In this document: positions 27,931 to 38,211 of the stretch, in pieces
How positions within the stretch are numbered: position 1 is the first letter of the stretch
How the letters are laid out: each line of letters begins with the position of its first letter
Source: an uncultured Candidatus Binatia bacterium
GTDB lineage: Bacteria; Desulfobacterota; Binatia; UBA9968; JAJDTQ01
Length of the DNA stretch: 64,000 nucleotides
Direction: 5' to 3'
Assembly (NCBI GenBank): GCA_965215605.1
Contig: OZ244070.1
Location: 3,264,001 to 3,328,000 of the forward strand
Notes under the pieces: model-generated
What the model was told of the DNA's origin: nothing
Seen by the model: only the letters and a program-made list of their open reading frames with translations
Database searches by the model: none
Position numbers and translations under genes: made by a program

Positions 27931-28115
27931 GCGCGCCAGTTTGCCTGACGTTCGGCGTACCCTCCGGCGCGTGGATTCAAGCGGTTCCGCCATTTGATAG
28001 GGTAGGGGCTTTGATCTATAGTGGCAGTGCTCCGGCGGACACTGCCGGAACGCTTTCCACGAGTCATGCAAGCTGACGTGGCGGCCCGCCGCCCGTCCGA
28101 GGAAGGAGCAGAGCC

Positions 28116-29249
28116 ATGAAGGACGGATTTCGTGTCATCGATTCGGATCGGCACATCATGGAGCCGTCGGACATGTATGATCGGTACATGCCGAAGAAGT
28201 TCCACGGGCGGGTGAAGATCACCGGACCGAACCAGTCCAACCGCTACGTGGACGGCAAGCCTGTCTCCGACTCCAACAGGCGGCCCGACCGGGAGGTCAC
28301 CGACCATGGCTTCATCTTCGCCAGCAACGAGTCCTGGCGCGAGACTTTCGCCGAGGCCATTTCCACGGGTTTCGACCCCGCGTCCAACCTCCGCGACATG
28401 GACAAGGAGGGCATCGATCTGAGCGTGCTGTTTCCCACCATGGGCCTCTACGTCATGTGGAGCTCGGACATCGACCCCGAACTGAGCCAGGCCATCTGCC
28501 GGGCCTACAACACCTGGCTCGCGGAGTACTGCAGCCACGACGAGTCGCGGCTCCGCGGCGTCATGCTGCTGCCGCTGCAGGACCCGGCCCGGGCGGTGGA
28601 GGAATTACGGCACGCCCGTGAGAAACTCGGCCTCGTGGGGATCTTCTGGCGCCCCAACAAGCTCTGCGGCCGCACCCTGGCGAGCCCGGACTACTATCCC
28701 ATCTACGAGGCGGCCCAGGACCTGGGCGTGACCGTGTGCGTCCACGAAGGCGCGCGCACGGTCCTGGAGCAGGCGGGCGGCGACCGCTACAGCGAGTTCG
28801 GCCGCCACGTGGCCTGTCATCCCATGGAGCAGATGCTGGCCTGCCTGAGCTTCTGTGGCGACGGCGTGCTGGAGAAGTTCCCCACGCTGAAGGTCGCCTA
28901 CCTGGAATCCGGCTGCGGCTGGGTGCCGTTCTGGCTGGAGCGCATGGATGAGCACTGGGAGCACGAGTCCCACGGCTCGGCCAAGACCACCGCGGAGAAG
29001 CCCAGCTTCTACTTCCAACGGCAGTGCTGGGTGAGCTGCGAGGCCGGCGAGGAGCTGGTGCCGAGCTTCGTGGAGCACCTGGGCAACGACCGCCTGACCA
29101 TGGCCACGGACTATCCCCACAGCGACTGCGTCGACAAGTGGCCCGACCTGACCGTGGGCGCGCTCAGCGCCAACGACAAGCTCTCGGAGGAAACCCGCCG
29201 CAAGATCCTGTGGGACAACCCGGCGCAGATGTACGGACTGGGGCAGTAA
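28116..29249 (+). CDS. Amidohydrolase-2 family protein
   Basis: IDSDRHIME, VCVHEG, LESGCGWVPFWLERMD, ATDYPHSD. Confidence 0.9.
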   Translation: MKDGFRVIDSDRHIMEPSDMYDRYMPKKFHGRVKITGPNQSNRYVDGKPVSDSNRRPDREVTDHGFIFASNESWRETFAEAISTGFDPASNLRDMDKEGIDLSVLFPTMGLYVMWSSDIDPELSQAICRAYNTWLAEYCSHDESRLRGVMLLPLQDPARAVEELRHAREKLGLVGIFWRPNKLCGRTLASPDYYPIYEAAQDLGVTVCVHEGARTVLEQAGGDRYSEFGRHVACHPMEQMLACLSFCGDGVLEKFPTLKVAYLESGCGWVPFWLERMDEHWEHESHGSAKTTAEKPSFYFQRQCWVSCEAGEELVPSFVEHLGNDRLTMATDYPHSDCVDKWPDLTVGALSANDKLSEETRRKILWDNPAQMYGLGQ

Positions 29250-29251
29250 CG

Positions 29252-30277
29252 GTGGCGAAGTTCCGCGTCGTATACTGCGGCAGCAACGACGTCCCCGTCG
29301 ATCTCATCGAGCCCATCCTGCGCGAGGCCGGCGCGGAGATGGTGGTGGCCAGGCCCACCAACGACGAGGAGTTGGCGGAGGCGGGGCGGGGCGCCGACGG
29401 GATGATCTTCCATGGCGCCCTGCCGCTCACCCGCGAGATCATCGAGAAGCTCGACCGCTGCAAGGTCATCTGCCGCACCGGCGTGGGCGTGGACCGGCTG
29501 GACCTGGACGCGGCCAGGGAGCACGGCATCACCGTGTGCAATGCCGCCGGCTGCAACTCCATCGAGGTGTCGGAGCAGATGATCGGCCTCATGATCGCCA
29601 TATCCCGCAAGCTCGTACGCATGAACCAGTACGTGCGCGAGGGCCGCTGGCGCCGCCACACCGCCGAGCTGCACGCCTACCGCGGCCCCGTCTCCCGCAT
29701 CGCCGGTCAGACCCTGGGCCTCGTGGGTCTCGGAAACGTGGGGCGTCAGGTGGCGCCCCGGGCCTTGGGCATGAAGATGAACGTCCAGGCGGTGGACCCC
29801 TACGTGGCTCCGGAACTCGCCGGGGCCATGGGCGTCAAGTTGGTTTCCTTCGATGAGTTGGTGCGCAGCTCGGACGTCATCAGCCTGCACGCGCCGCTGG
29901 TGCCGGCCACCCGCAAGATGTTCGGCAAGGCCCAGTTCGCGGCCATGAAGAACACGGCCTATTTCCTCAACTGCGCCCGCGGCGGTCTGGTGGACACCGA
30001 CGCCCTCCACGAGGCCCTCACCACCAACCAGATCGCCGGCGCCGCCCTCGACGTCACCGACCCCGAGCCCATGCCCGCCGACCACCCGATCCTGACCCTC
30101 CCCAACGTCATCGTCACCTGCCACACCGCCGCCAACTCCAACGAATCCTACGTCGACTGCCAGACCCACGCCGCCCGCGAAGTGGTCCGCGTCCTCCAGG
30201 GCGAGCCCCCCACCACCGAGATCAACGACCCGTGGCTGGTGGGCGAGGTGCAGGATCGGGGGTTCGGCGGGGTGTGA
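29252..30277 (+). CDS. D-2-hydroxyacid dehydrogenase (CtBP/SerA-like)
   Basis: RTGVGVD, GLVGLGNVG, NCARGGLVD, LDVTDPEP, VTCHTA. Confidence 0.9.
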   Translation: MAKFRVVYCGSNDVPVDLIEPILREAGAEMVVARPTNDEELAEAGRGADGMIFHGALPLTREIIEKLDRCKVICRTGVGVDRLDLDAAREHGITVCNAAGCNSIEVSEQMIGLMIAISRKLVRMNQYVREGRWRRHTAELHAYRGPVSRIAGQTLGLVGLGNVGRQVAPRALGMKMNVQAVDPYVAPELAGAMGVKLVSFDELVRSSDVISLHAPLVPATRKMFGKAQFAAMKNTAYFLNCARGGLVDTDALHEALTTNQIAGAALDVTDPEPMPADHPILTLPNVIVTCHTAANSNESYVDCQTHAAREVVRVLQGEPPTTEINDPWLVGEVQDRGFGGV

Positions 30278-30334
30278 CGCGCCTGGATGCTCCCCGCATC
30301 GCCAGGCTGCAGCTTCACCGATAGGTGACGCAGC

Positions 30335-31258
30335 ATGATCGTGTACAGACGTGCTTTCTGGTACTGGCGGCGTTTGAAGCGTCGGATGAGGCGGGCGGCT
30401 GTGCTCCTGATCCGTGTCGGGTTGGTCGCGGCGGTCTTGCCGTTTGCGTTTTCGCTGCTGACGTCGATATGGCCCGAAGCGGCTGATGAAGCACGTCGGT
30501 TCTTCGCCGTAGTCGAGAACACCGTTCGGCCGGTCAGGGAACGCGTGGCGGATGAGTTGGGAATGAACCGGAGACGGCCCGCTATCCGGTTCGCCGACGG
30601 TGAGGAACCCGTCACGACGCCGGTGCCCAGCGAGGACGGGCCTGTTCAGACACGTCCAGACCGTTATGTCGAAACCCGAGGGCGACCGGAGCGGTCCGGC
30701 CCGAGGGGGGACGGCGCGGGGACCGCGATGTCCAAGACGCCGGAATCCGTTACGGTATTCCGTGGCGACAAGGTTGAAGTGATCCCGAGGCCGGTGAGGG
30801 ACGGGTCGCGTGTACGAGTCTTACGCGGCAGCCATGGAGGCAGCCATGGAATTTCAGGACGGGCGCGGGCCGTGGACGGGGACACTCTTGAAATGAACGG
30901 CATGCGCATCCGTCTGCACGGTATCGACGCTCCCGAGCACGATCAGTCCTGCCGCGTGGCAGGCCGTCGCTGGCCATGTGGTCGCCATGCGACGCAGATG
31001 CTGGCCAGCCAAGTCAACCACACCCCTGTTGTGTGCGAAGTGCGTGATCGGGACAGTTATGGCCGGGTCGTGGCGACGTGCAGCATCGCGGGCCGGGACC
31101 TCAACGCCTGGATGGTTGCGGGAGGATGGGCGTTCGCGTACCGCCGGTACTCCCGTGCGTACGTTGACGAGGAGGCACGGGCGCGGGCCGCGCGGCGCGG
31201 GGTGTGGCTGGGCGAAGTCGTTCGGCCGTGGCGGTGGCGCGCGAGGCAGCGCAGGTGA
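30335..31258 (+). CDS. Membrane-anchored thermonuclease (SNase) family protein; start uncertain
   Basis: VDGDTL, IRLHGIDAPE, DSYGRVVA, LNAWMVAGGWA. Confidence 0.8.
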   Translation: MIVYRRAFWYWRRLKRRMRRAAVLLIRVGLVAAVLPFAFSLLTSIWPEAADEARRFFAVVENTVRPVRERVADELGMNRRRPAIRFADGEEPVTTPVPSEDGPVQTRPDRYVETRGRPERSGPRGDGAGTAMSKTPESVTVFRGDKVEVIPRPVRDGSRVRVLRGSHGGSHGISGRARAVDGDTLEMNGMRIRLHGIDAPEHDQSCRVAGRRWPCGRHATQMLASQVNHTPVVCEVRDRDSYGRVVATCSIAGRDLNAWMVAGGWAFAYRRYSRAYVDEEARARAARRGVWLGEVVRPWRWRARQRR

Positions 31259-31288
31259 GGGCTGGGGGGTGGTGGGGGCTACCGGTGC

Positions 31289-31710
31289 TCAAGACGGTGA
31301 CTCTCCAACCCGACGCGGACGCCCGCCCTTGCGGCCGTTTTCTTTCGCGGCTCTCGTTTTCACCGATGACCGGCTTCTGCCGCCGGCCCCGCACCCATGA
31401 GTGAAGCCATCCAGCTTCTGGAGCCGAAGACGCCCCGTAGCAGCGCCGGAACAAGCAGGTCGGCATCGAGCCGCGGCCAGTGGAGCCCCAGCCCGGTCGG
31501 GCTAATCTCGATCTCTGCCAGATCATCAGGCGATGCACCGGCCAGTCCCTCTGCCAGCAAAGCGGGAAAAGTCACTTCCACACCGGTGCTAAGTTTCACG
31601 ACCACGCGTCCCCTGCGGCGGTTGTAGCGCGCGGCCTCGACATGGCCAGCCTCACGCTCAGCCAGCGCCCGGGCCGTTGCTTCCTCAAGTTCTGTTTCAG
31701 TAACGACCAT
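31289..31710 (-). pseudogene. DUF2442-domain protein with frameshifted C-terminus
   Basis: GLGLHWPRLDADLLVPALL..FGSRSWM. The family-type tail AGGRSRSS..AAKENGRKGGRPR lies in another frame after a G4 run (31387-31390). Confidence 0.7.
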
Positions 31711-31877
31711 CGATCTTCCTCTCGCACAGTGTTAGTTAGCAGAACTCAAGCGCTTGGGGAAAGTCTGGTACGTGTCGCTACCTTGCGGCCAACGACGACT
31801 GTTGGTTGGTCGGTGTTCCTTTCTGTTGATGGAGGCTGGTGGTCGCAGTAACGGCGTCAATCCAGAACTGTCGGCAC
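31700..31877 (-). pseudogene. Degraded DUF4160-like partner gene relic
   Basis: GGAGGA then GTG-PTVL, then a stop, then DHQPP; a RKIDG-like 3' end overlaps the DUF2442 ATG. Confidence 0.4.
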
Positions 31878-31946
31878 TCCTCCGTGAAATTCTCGTGCTC
31901 CATTCCCTATACCTTTCCCGAAGTTTGTGGTGCAGGATTTTAACGG

Positions 31947-34256
31947 CTATCCGACCCGCGCCTCCCTGATCGCCCGCCACAGCTTCGGCGCCGTGTAGGG
32001 CATGTCGATGTGGTCGATGCCGAGGGATGACAGCGCATCCATGACCGCGTTGGCGATGGCCGGAGGGGCACCGTTGGTGCCGGCTTCGCCGACGCCCTTG
32101 ACGCCCAGGGGATTGAAGGGGTTGGGGGTCTCGGTTTCGCCCAGCACCACGGGCGGCATGGTGCTGGCGCGGGGCACGGCGTAGTCCATGAGGGTTCCGG
32201 TGCGGGGCTGGCCTTCCTCGTCGAAGACCATGTGCTCGCACAAGGCCTCGCCCAGGCCCTGGGCCAGGCCGCCGTGGACCTGGGCTTCGACGACCATGGG
32301 ATTCAGGATGACGCCGATGTCGTCCACCAAGACGAGCTTCTCGATGGTCAGCTCGCCGGTGTCCGAATCGATGCGCACCAGCGCCACGTGGGCGCCGAAG
32401 CCCCAGGCTTCGCGGTTGGGATCGAAGAAGGCGGTCTCGTTCAGGCCGGGGTCCATCCCGGCGGGAGTTCCCTTGGCGTAGGCCGCCCCGGCCACTTGGC
32501 GCCAGGTCACGCTCCGTTCCGGCACGCCGGCCACGGCGAAGCCGCCCTCGGTCTGGACGACATCGTCCGGCGACGCTTCCATGAGGTTGCCGGCGATGGC
32601 CTTGGCCTTGGTGACCACGCGGTCGGCGGCCGTGGCCAGGGCGCCGCCGCCCATGACCGCGCTCCGGCTGCCGAAGGTGCCGGTGCCCTGCTGGATGGCG
32701 GTGGTGTCGCCGTGGCGCACCACTACGCTTTCCATGGGCACTTTCAATTTCTCGGCGGCCACCTGGGCCCACACCGTTTCGTGCCCCTGTCCGTGGGAGC
32801 TGGAGCCCGTCAAGACCGTGATCTCGCCGGTGCGCTCCACCCGCACGGCGCCGCTCTCGAAGCCGGCGCCGCCGCTGGGCTCGGTAAAGGTGGAGATGCC
32901 CACCCCCACCAGTTCGCCTCGCGCCCGCGCCTCGTCGCGGTCGCGAATCATCTGGTTGTAGTCGGACAGCCGCAGCGCTTCGGAGAGGGACTTCTCGTAG
33001 TCGCCGGAGTCGTACTCCACGCCCACGCCGGTGCGGTAGGGGAACTGGTCGGGCTGGATGTAGTTCTTGCGGCGAAGCTCCAGTGGGTCCATGCCGAGGT
33101 CCCGGGCGGCCTTGTCCGCCAGCCGCTCGATGTTGAGCACGGACTCCGGCCGGCCGGCGCCGCGGTAGGGGCCGGTGGGCACGGTGTTGGTGAAGGCCGA
33201 GACGATCTCCACCCGCACGTCCTGGATCCGGTAGCAGCCCGGGGCCATGACCAACATGCGCTGGGGCGGTCCGGCGGTGGCGGAGTGCAGGTAGGCGCCG
33301 AGGTTCGCCACCACCCGCACCTTGAGGCCGAGCATCCTGCCGTCCTTGCTGAGCGCCAACTCCGAGGTCATGGCCTGGTCGCGTCCCTGGCAGGTGGTGA
33401 GGAAGTCCTCGCTGCGGGTGGCCATCCACTTCACCGGCCGGCCCAGCTTCCGGGCCAGGTGGCACACCAGGATGTCCTCGCGGTAGACGCAGCCCTTGCT
33501 GCCGAAGCCTCCGCCCACGTCCGGAGCGATGACCCGGATGCGGTTCTCGGGGAATCCCAGCGAGTTGGCGATCTCCATCCGCGACCGGTGCGGCCCCTGG
33601 GTGGAGAGCCATACCGTCAGCTCGTTCCGGATCGGGTCGGCGTGGGCCAGCACCCCCCGTGCCTCCATGGACATGGCCACCAGCCTGGGGCTCTTCATGT
33701 GCAGCCGGGCGACGTGGTCCGCCTCGGCGAACACCTTGTCGACGTCGCCGTTCTCCCGCTTCATGGTGTAGCAGTGGTTGGTGCCCAGCTCCTCGTGGGC
33801 CAGCGGCGAACCGTCCTCCAGCGCGGCCTCGGCGTCGGTGACCACGGGCAGGGGGTCGTAGGTCACGCCGATGGCGGCGGCGGCGTCTTCGGCCAGGGCG
33901 CGGCTCTCGGCCACCACGGCCGCTATCGGTGCGCCCACCGCGTGGACGGCCCCGCGCGCCAGCACCGGATGCTCCGGCATATTCATGTCCGGCGTCAGCA
34001 TGGGCGCGCGCAGCGCCAGGTCGCCGGTGTCGTCGCCGGTGAGCACACACACCACTCCGGGCATGGCCGCGGCCTCGGCGGTGTCGATGGACAGGATCCG
34101 GGCGTGAGGGTGCGTGCTCCGGTGAACCGCCACGTGCAGGATGCCGGACAGCTTGACGTCGTCCACGTAGCATCCCTGGCCGGTGAGCAGGGGGGGGTCC
34201 TCCACCCGGCGGATGGATGCGCCGATCAGGTTCGTGCTCTCTTGTTCTGTGCTCAT
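31947..34256 (-). CDS. Molybdopterin-binding large subunit, CoxL form II-like molybdenum hydroxylase
   Basis: DVGGGFGSK, PYRGAGRPE, GQGHET, GTFGSRS, KGVGEAG. Confidence 0.9.
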   Translation of the reverse strand: MSTEQESTNLIGASIRRVEDPPLLTGQGCYVDDVKLSGILHVAVHRSTHPHARILSIDTAEAAAMPGVVCVLTGDDTGDLALRAPMLTPDMNMPEHPVLARGAVHAVGAPIAAVVAESRALAEDAAAAIGVTYDPLPVVTDAEAALEDGSPLAHEELGTNHCYTMKRENGDVDKVFAEADHVARLHMKSPRLVAMSMEARGVLAHADPIRNELTVWLSTQGPHRSRMEIANSLGFPENRIRVIAPDVGGGFGSKGCVYREDILVCHLARKLGRPVKWMATRSEDFLTTCQGRDQAMTSELALSKDGRMLGLKVRVVANLGAYLHSATAGPPQRMLVMAPGCYRIQDVRVEIVSAFTNTVPTGPYRGAGRPESVLNIERLADKAARDLGMDPLELRRKNYIQPDQFPYRTGVGVEYDSGDYEKSLSEALRLSDYNQMIRDRDEARARGELVGVGISTFTEPSGGAGFESGAVRVERTGEITVLTGSSSHGQGHETVWAQVAAEKLKVPMESVVVRHGDTTAIQQGTGTFGSRSAVMGGGALATAADRVVTKAKAIAGNLMEASPDDVVQTEGGFAVAGVPERSVTWRQVAGAAYAKGTPAGMDPGLNETAFFDPNREAWGFGAHVALVRIDSDTGELTIEKLVLVDDIGVILNPMVVEAQVHGGLAQGLGEALCEHMVFDEEGQPRTGTLMDYAVPRASTMPPVVLGETETPNPFNPLGVKGVGEAGTNGAPPAIANAVMDALSSLGIDHIDMPYTAPKLWRAIREARVG

Positions 34257-34316
34257 GGATCGTCCTCGACGAGTTGGACGCGCGTTGCGTCGAGCCCGAA
34301 GTCGTACGCGGAGGAA

Positions 34317-35180
34317 CTATGCCCGCGCCGCCGCGGTCTCGATGGCGCGCCGGGCGTAGACCACCGCCATGTGGCGCTTGTAGTCTTCGTCCGCGTAGGA
34401 ATCCGCGTGCGGATCGATGCCTTCCGCGGCCCGCGCGGCCGCCTCAGCCATCACCTCCGGCGTCAGCTCCTGCCCCGCAAGGGCCGCTTCCACGGCCGTC
34501 GCCCGGTGGGGCGTTCCGGCGACGCCGCCCAGCACCACCCGCGCGCCCGTGCAGGCGCCGGCGTCGTCCATCGACAGCGCCGCCGCCGCGCTCACCACCA
34601 CGTAGCCGGAGGCCGGGTGCGGCAGCTTGGCGTAGCTCGTCCGGGCAGGGGAGGACGGCAAGGGGATCCGTATGGCGGTCAGGATCTCGTGGGGCTCCAG
34701 GGCGGTGGTGAAGAAGTCCACGAAGAAGTCGTCCGCCGCCACGATTCGTTCGCTCTCGGATGAAGCGAGGACGAAAGAGGCGTCGAGGGCGGTCAGCGTC
34801 ACCGGCAGGTCTGCCGCCGGATCGGCATGGGCGACGCTGCCGCCCATGGTGCCGCGATTCCTGACCTGAAGGTCGCCGATGACCGAGGCGGTATCGGCCA
34901 GCCCGGGCAGCGACCGGCGCACTCTGTCCGATGTGCTCACCTCGGTATGGGTGGTGAGGGCGCCGATGACCAGCGTGCCGCCGTCCTCCCGGATGCCGCT
35001 CAGGCCGGCAATGTTCCGAAGGTCCACCAGGACCTCGGGCTGGGTCAGCCGGAGCTTCATGGCCGGGAGGAGACTGTGTCCCCCGGCCAACACCTTGGCG
35101 TCCTCGCCATGTTCCCGCAAGAGCCCGAACGCATCCTCGAGGGACCGGGGCGCGTGGTATCCGAAGCTAGCTGGATGCAT
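34317..35180 (-). CDS. FAD-binding medium subunit (CoxM-like)
   Basis: [32 protein letters not shown]. Confidence 0.92.
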   Translation of the reverse strand: MHPASFGYHAPRSLEDAFGLLREHGEDAKVLAGGHSLLPAMKLRLTQPEVLVDLRNIAGLSGIREDGGTLVIGALTTHTEVSTSDRVRRSLPGLADTASVIGDLQVRNRGTMGGSVAHADPAADLPVTLTALDASFVLASSESERIVAADDFFVDFFTTALEPHEILTAIRIPLPSSPARTSYAKLPHPASGYVVVSAAAALSMDDAGACTGARVVLGGVAGTPHRATAVEAALAGQELTPEVMAEAAARAAEGIDPHADSYADEDYKRHMAVVYARRAIETAAARA

Positions 35181-35661
35181 GCTGCCCCCTCATCTGATCG
35201 GCGGCCCAACGGATGGCCTTCACGATGTTGATGTATCCGGTGCAGCGGCACAGGTTTCCTTCCAGGGCGTGCTTGATGGCGTCGTCGTCGGGCTCGGGGT
35301 TGGTCTCCAGCAGGTGGGCGGCGGTCATCACCATGCCGGGCGTGCAGTAGCCGCACTGAAGCCCGTGCTGCTCCTGAAAGGCCTCCTGCACGGGGTGCAA
35401 TGCCGGTCCGTCCGCCATCCCCTCGATGGTGGTGATCTCGGCGCCGTCGGCCTGGGCCGCCAGCATCGTGCAGGACTTCACCGCCAGTCCGTTCACGTGC
35501 ACCGTGCACGCGCCGCACTGGCTGGTGTCGCAGCCCACGTGGGTGCCGGTGAGTCCCAGGTTCTCGCGCAGGAAGTGGACCAGTAGAAGCCGTGGCTCCA
35601 CCTCGGCCGCCCGCTCTTTGCCGTTGACAGTGACGTTGATGGGTAGTGCGGGGTGTTCCAT
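35167..35661 (-). CDS. (2Fe-2S) small subunit (CoxS-like)
   Basis: [29 protein letters not shown]. Confidence 0.95.
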   Translation of the reverse strand: MEHPALPINVTVNGKERAAEVEPRLLLVHFLRENLGLTGTHVGCDTSQCGACTVHVNGLAVKSCTMLAAQADGAEITTIEGMADGPALHPVQEAFQEQHGLQCGYCTPGMVMTAAHLLETNPEPDDDAIKHALEGNLCRCTGYINIVKAIRWAADQMRGQHASS

Positions 35662-35714
35662 GGTTTCTCGCTTTGCCCCCTCCTGCCTTCGTCAAGGGTA
35701 CTGGTGACGCAGTG

Positions 35715-37016
<1,302 letters not shown>

Positions 37017-37103
37017 AAAGGATTTTCTTTGCGTGGGAGGTCGGTCCCGGGGGGGAACCGTTCACGGGTGCCGGTACACGGCTTCAGTCTGGTTTTGGGG
37101 ACC

Positions 37104-37140
37104 TGGCGGTCACCGTCCCTTTGCGGGAAGGAGACCGCCA
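37104..37140 (-). other. Stem-loop with GCAA loop between the RRM and helicase genes
   Basis: Minus strand TGGCGGTCTCCTTCCC-GCAA-AGGGACGGTGACCGCCA. Confidence 0.5.
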
Positions 37141-37170
37141 CGCCGGATTGTTAGCGCTGAATGGACTGTG

Positions 37171-37515
37171 TTACCAGCGGTTCGGCCTGCCCCCACCACC
37201 CGGCCGCCTGTTGCCGCCGCCACCACCGCCGCCGCCACCACCGCCACCGCCGAAGCCGGACCGTCTCTCTTGCGGGCGGGCCTCGTTAACCGTCAGCGTG
37301 CGGCCCTGAAGCTCCTTGCCGTTGAGGGCGTCGATGGCTTTCTGTCCGTCATCGCTCGAGCTCATCTCCACGAAACCGAAGCCGCGGGACTGGGCGGTAA
37401 ACTTGTCCGCGATGACTCTTGCGGACTCCACGGTCCCGTGCTCGGCGAATATCTCCTCGAGTTGGCTGTCGGTGACGGAATAGGGCAGACCGCCCACGTA
37501 CAATTTCTGGGTCAT
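37171..37515 (-). CDS. RRM RNA-binding protein with Gly-rich tail
   Basis: KLYVGGL (RNP2), RGFGFVEM (RNP1), VNEARP. Confidence 0.95.
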   Translation of the reverse strand: MTQKLYVGGLPYSVTDSQLEEIFAEHGTVESARVIADKFTAQSRGFGFVEMSSSDDGQKAIDALNGKELQGRTLTVNEARPQERRSGFGGGGGGGGGGGGGNRRPGGGGRPNRW

Positions 37516-37683
37516 GTTCTTCCTCCAATGGCTGAAACAAAAGAAAACCAGTCCGTTCGACCCTGGGAATCGGATCGCCGCGTTGGGCAAGAACATGCGT
37601 CTTTCACGGCACGCGATGAGTTTTTGCTTGGGACGAGGGTTTCGTCGGGCAGATTAGGCTGGACCACAGTTCGAATAGATGGG

Positions 37684-37712
37684 AGCTTAGCTGTATCCGG
37701 CGTCCGTGTCAA
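37684..37712 (-). promoter_or_regulatory. Sigma70 promoter of the RRM gene
   Basis: TTGACA-17 bp-TAAGCT; implies a 5' UTR of about 160 nt. Confidence 0.75.
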
Positions 37713-37818
37713 CGGGACGGGCGCCTCGGTCGCAACGGCTCGTCGCGTCGCTACCGGTGATGACGCCGATAGTGAACCGGGGGCGAGCTCGGTAGACGGC
37801 TAAACGGCCGGCGCGGGA

Positions 37819-38010
37819 CTAGAGATCCTCGATAGGGGGTTGCGGACCAGGAACGATGTCGGCGATGTCGGGATCGACGTCGTCTTCGCGGTCGGGCCGG
37901 TCTTGCCGGGCTTCCCGGCGTTCGGCGCGCCGCCTGGCCTTCTCCTCCTTCTTCTCCTGTTTTGCGCGTTCCCGCTGCCGTTTGGCAAACGTGGTTCGTG
38001 GTTGGGCCAT
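37819..38010 (-). CDS. Small basic/acidic hypothetical protein (63 aa)
   Basis: TFAKRQRERAKQEK..RRAERR basic helix followed by DPDIADIVPGPQP; co-oriented with the RRM and helicase genes. Confidence 0.7.
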   Translation of the reverse strand: MAQPRTTFAKRQRERAKQEKKEEKARRRAERREARQDRPDREDDVDPDIADIVPGPQPPIEDL

Positions 38011-38089
38011 TGCGCGATTCTACCGCTTCTTGACGCGAACGCCAAACGCTTGACGCCGCCGCCCGGCAGTCCTCCTTCGCGCGCCGCGC

Positions 38090-38114
38090 GGACGGGCTGG
38101 AGAGCCCTCCCTAC
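38090..38114 (-). repeat. GTAG-type REP-like palindrome
   Basis: Minus strand GTAG-GGAGGGCT-CTCC-AGCCCGTCC. Confidence 0.45.
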
Positions 38115-38211
38115 GACATCGCCAGCCCGTCGATGAACCCCGCGCCGGGGATCTTGCCGAGGTCCTCGGGCGAGATACGGATCTTGGATGAACGGCTGCC
38201 GGAACCATCCA

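Noticed and set aside
30827-30850. 12-bp tandem duplication GGCAGCCATGGA x2
   Set aside because: In-frame two-copy duplication in a linker; no evidence of function.
37190-37252. CCG/CCA triplet run as a VNTR or array
   Set aside because: It encodes the ordinary poly-Gly tail of the RRM protein.
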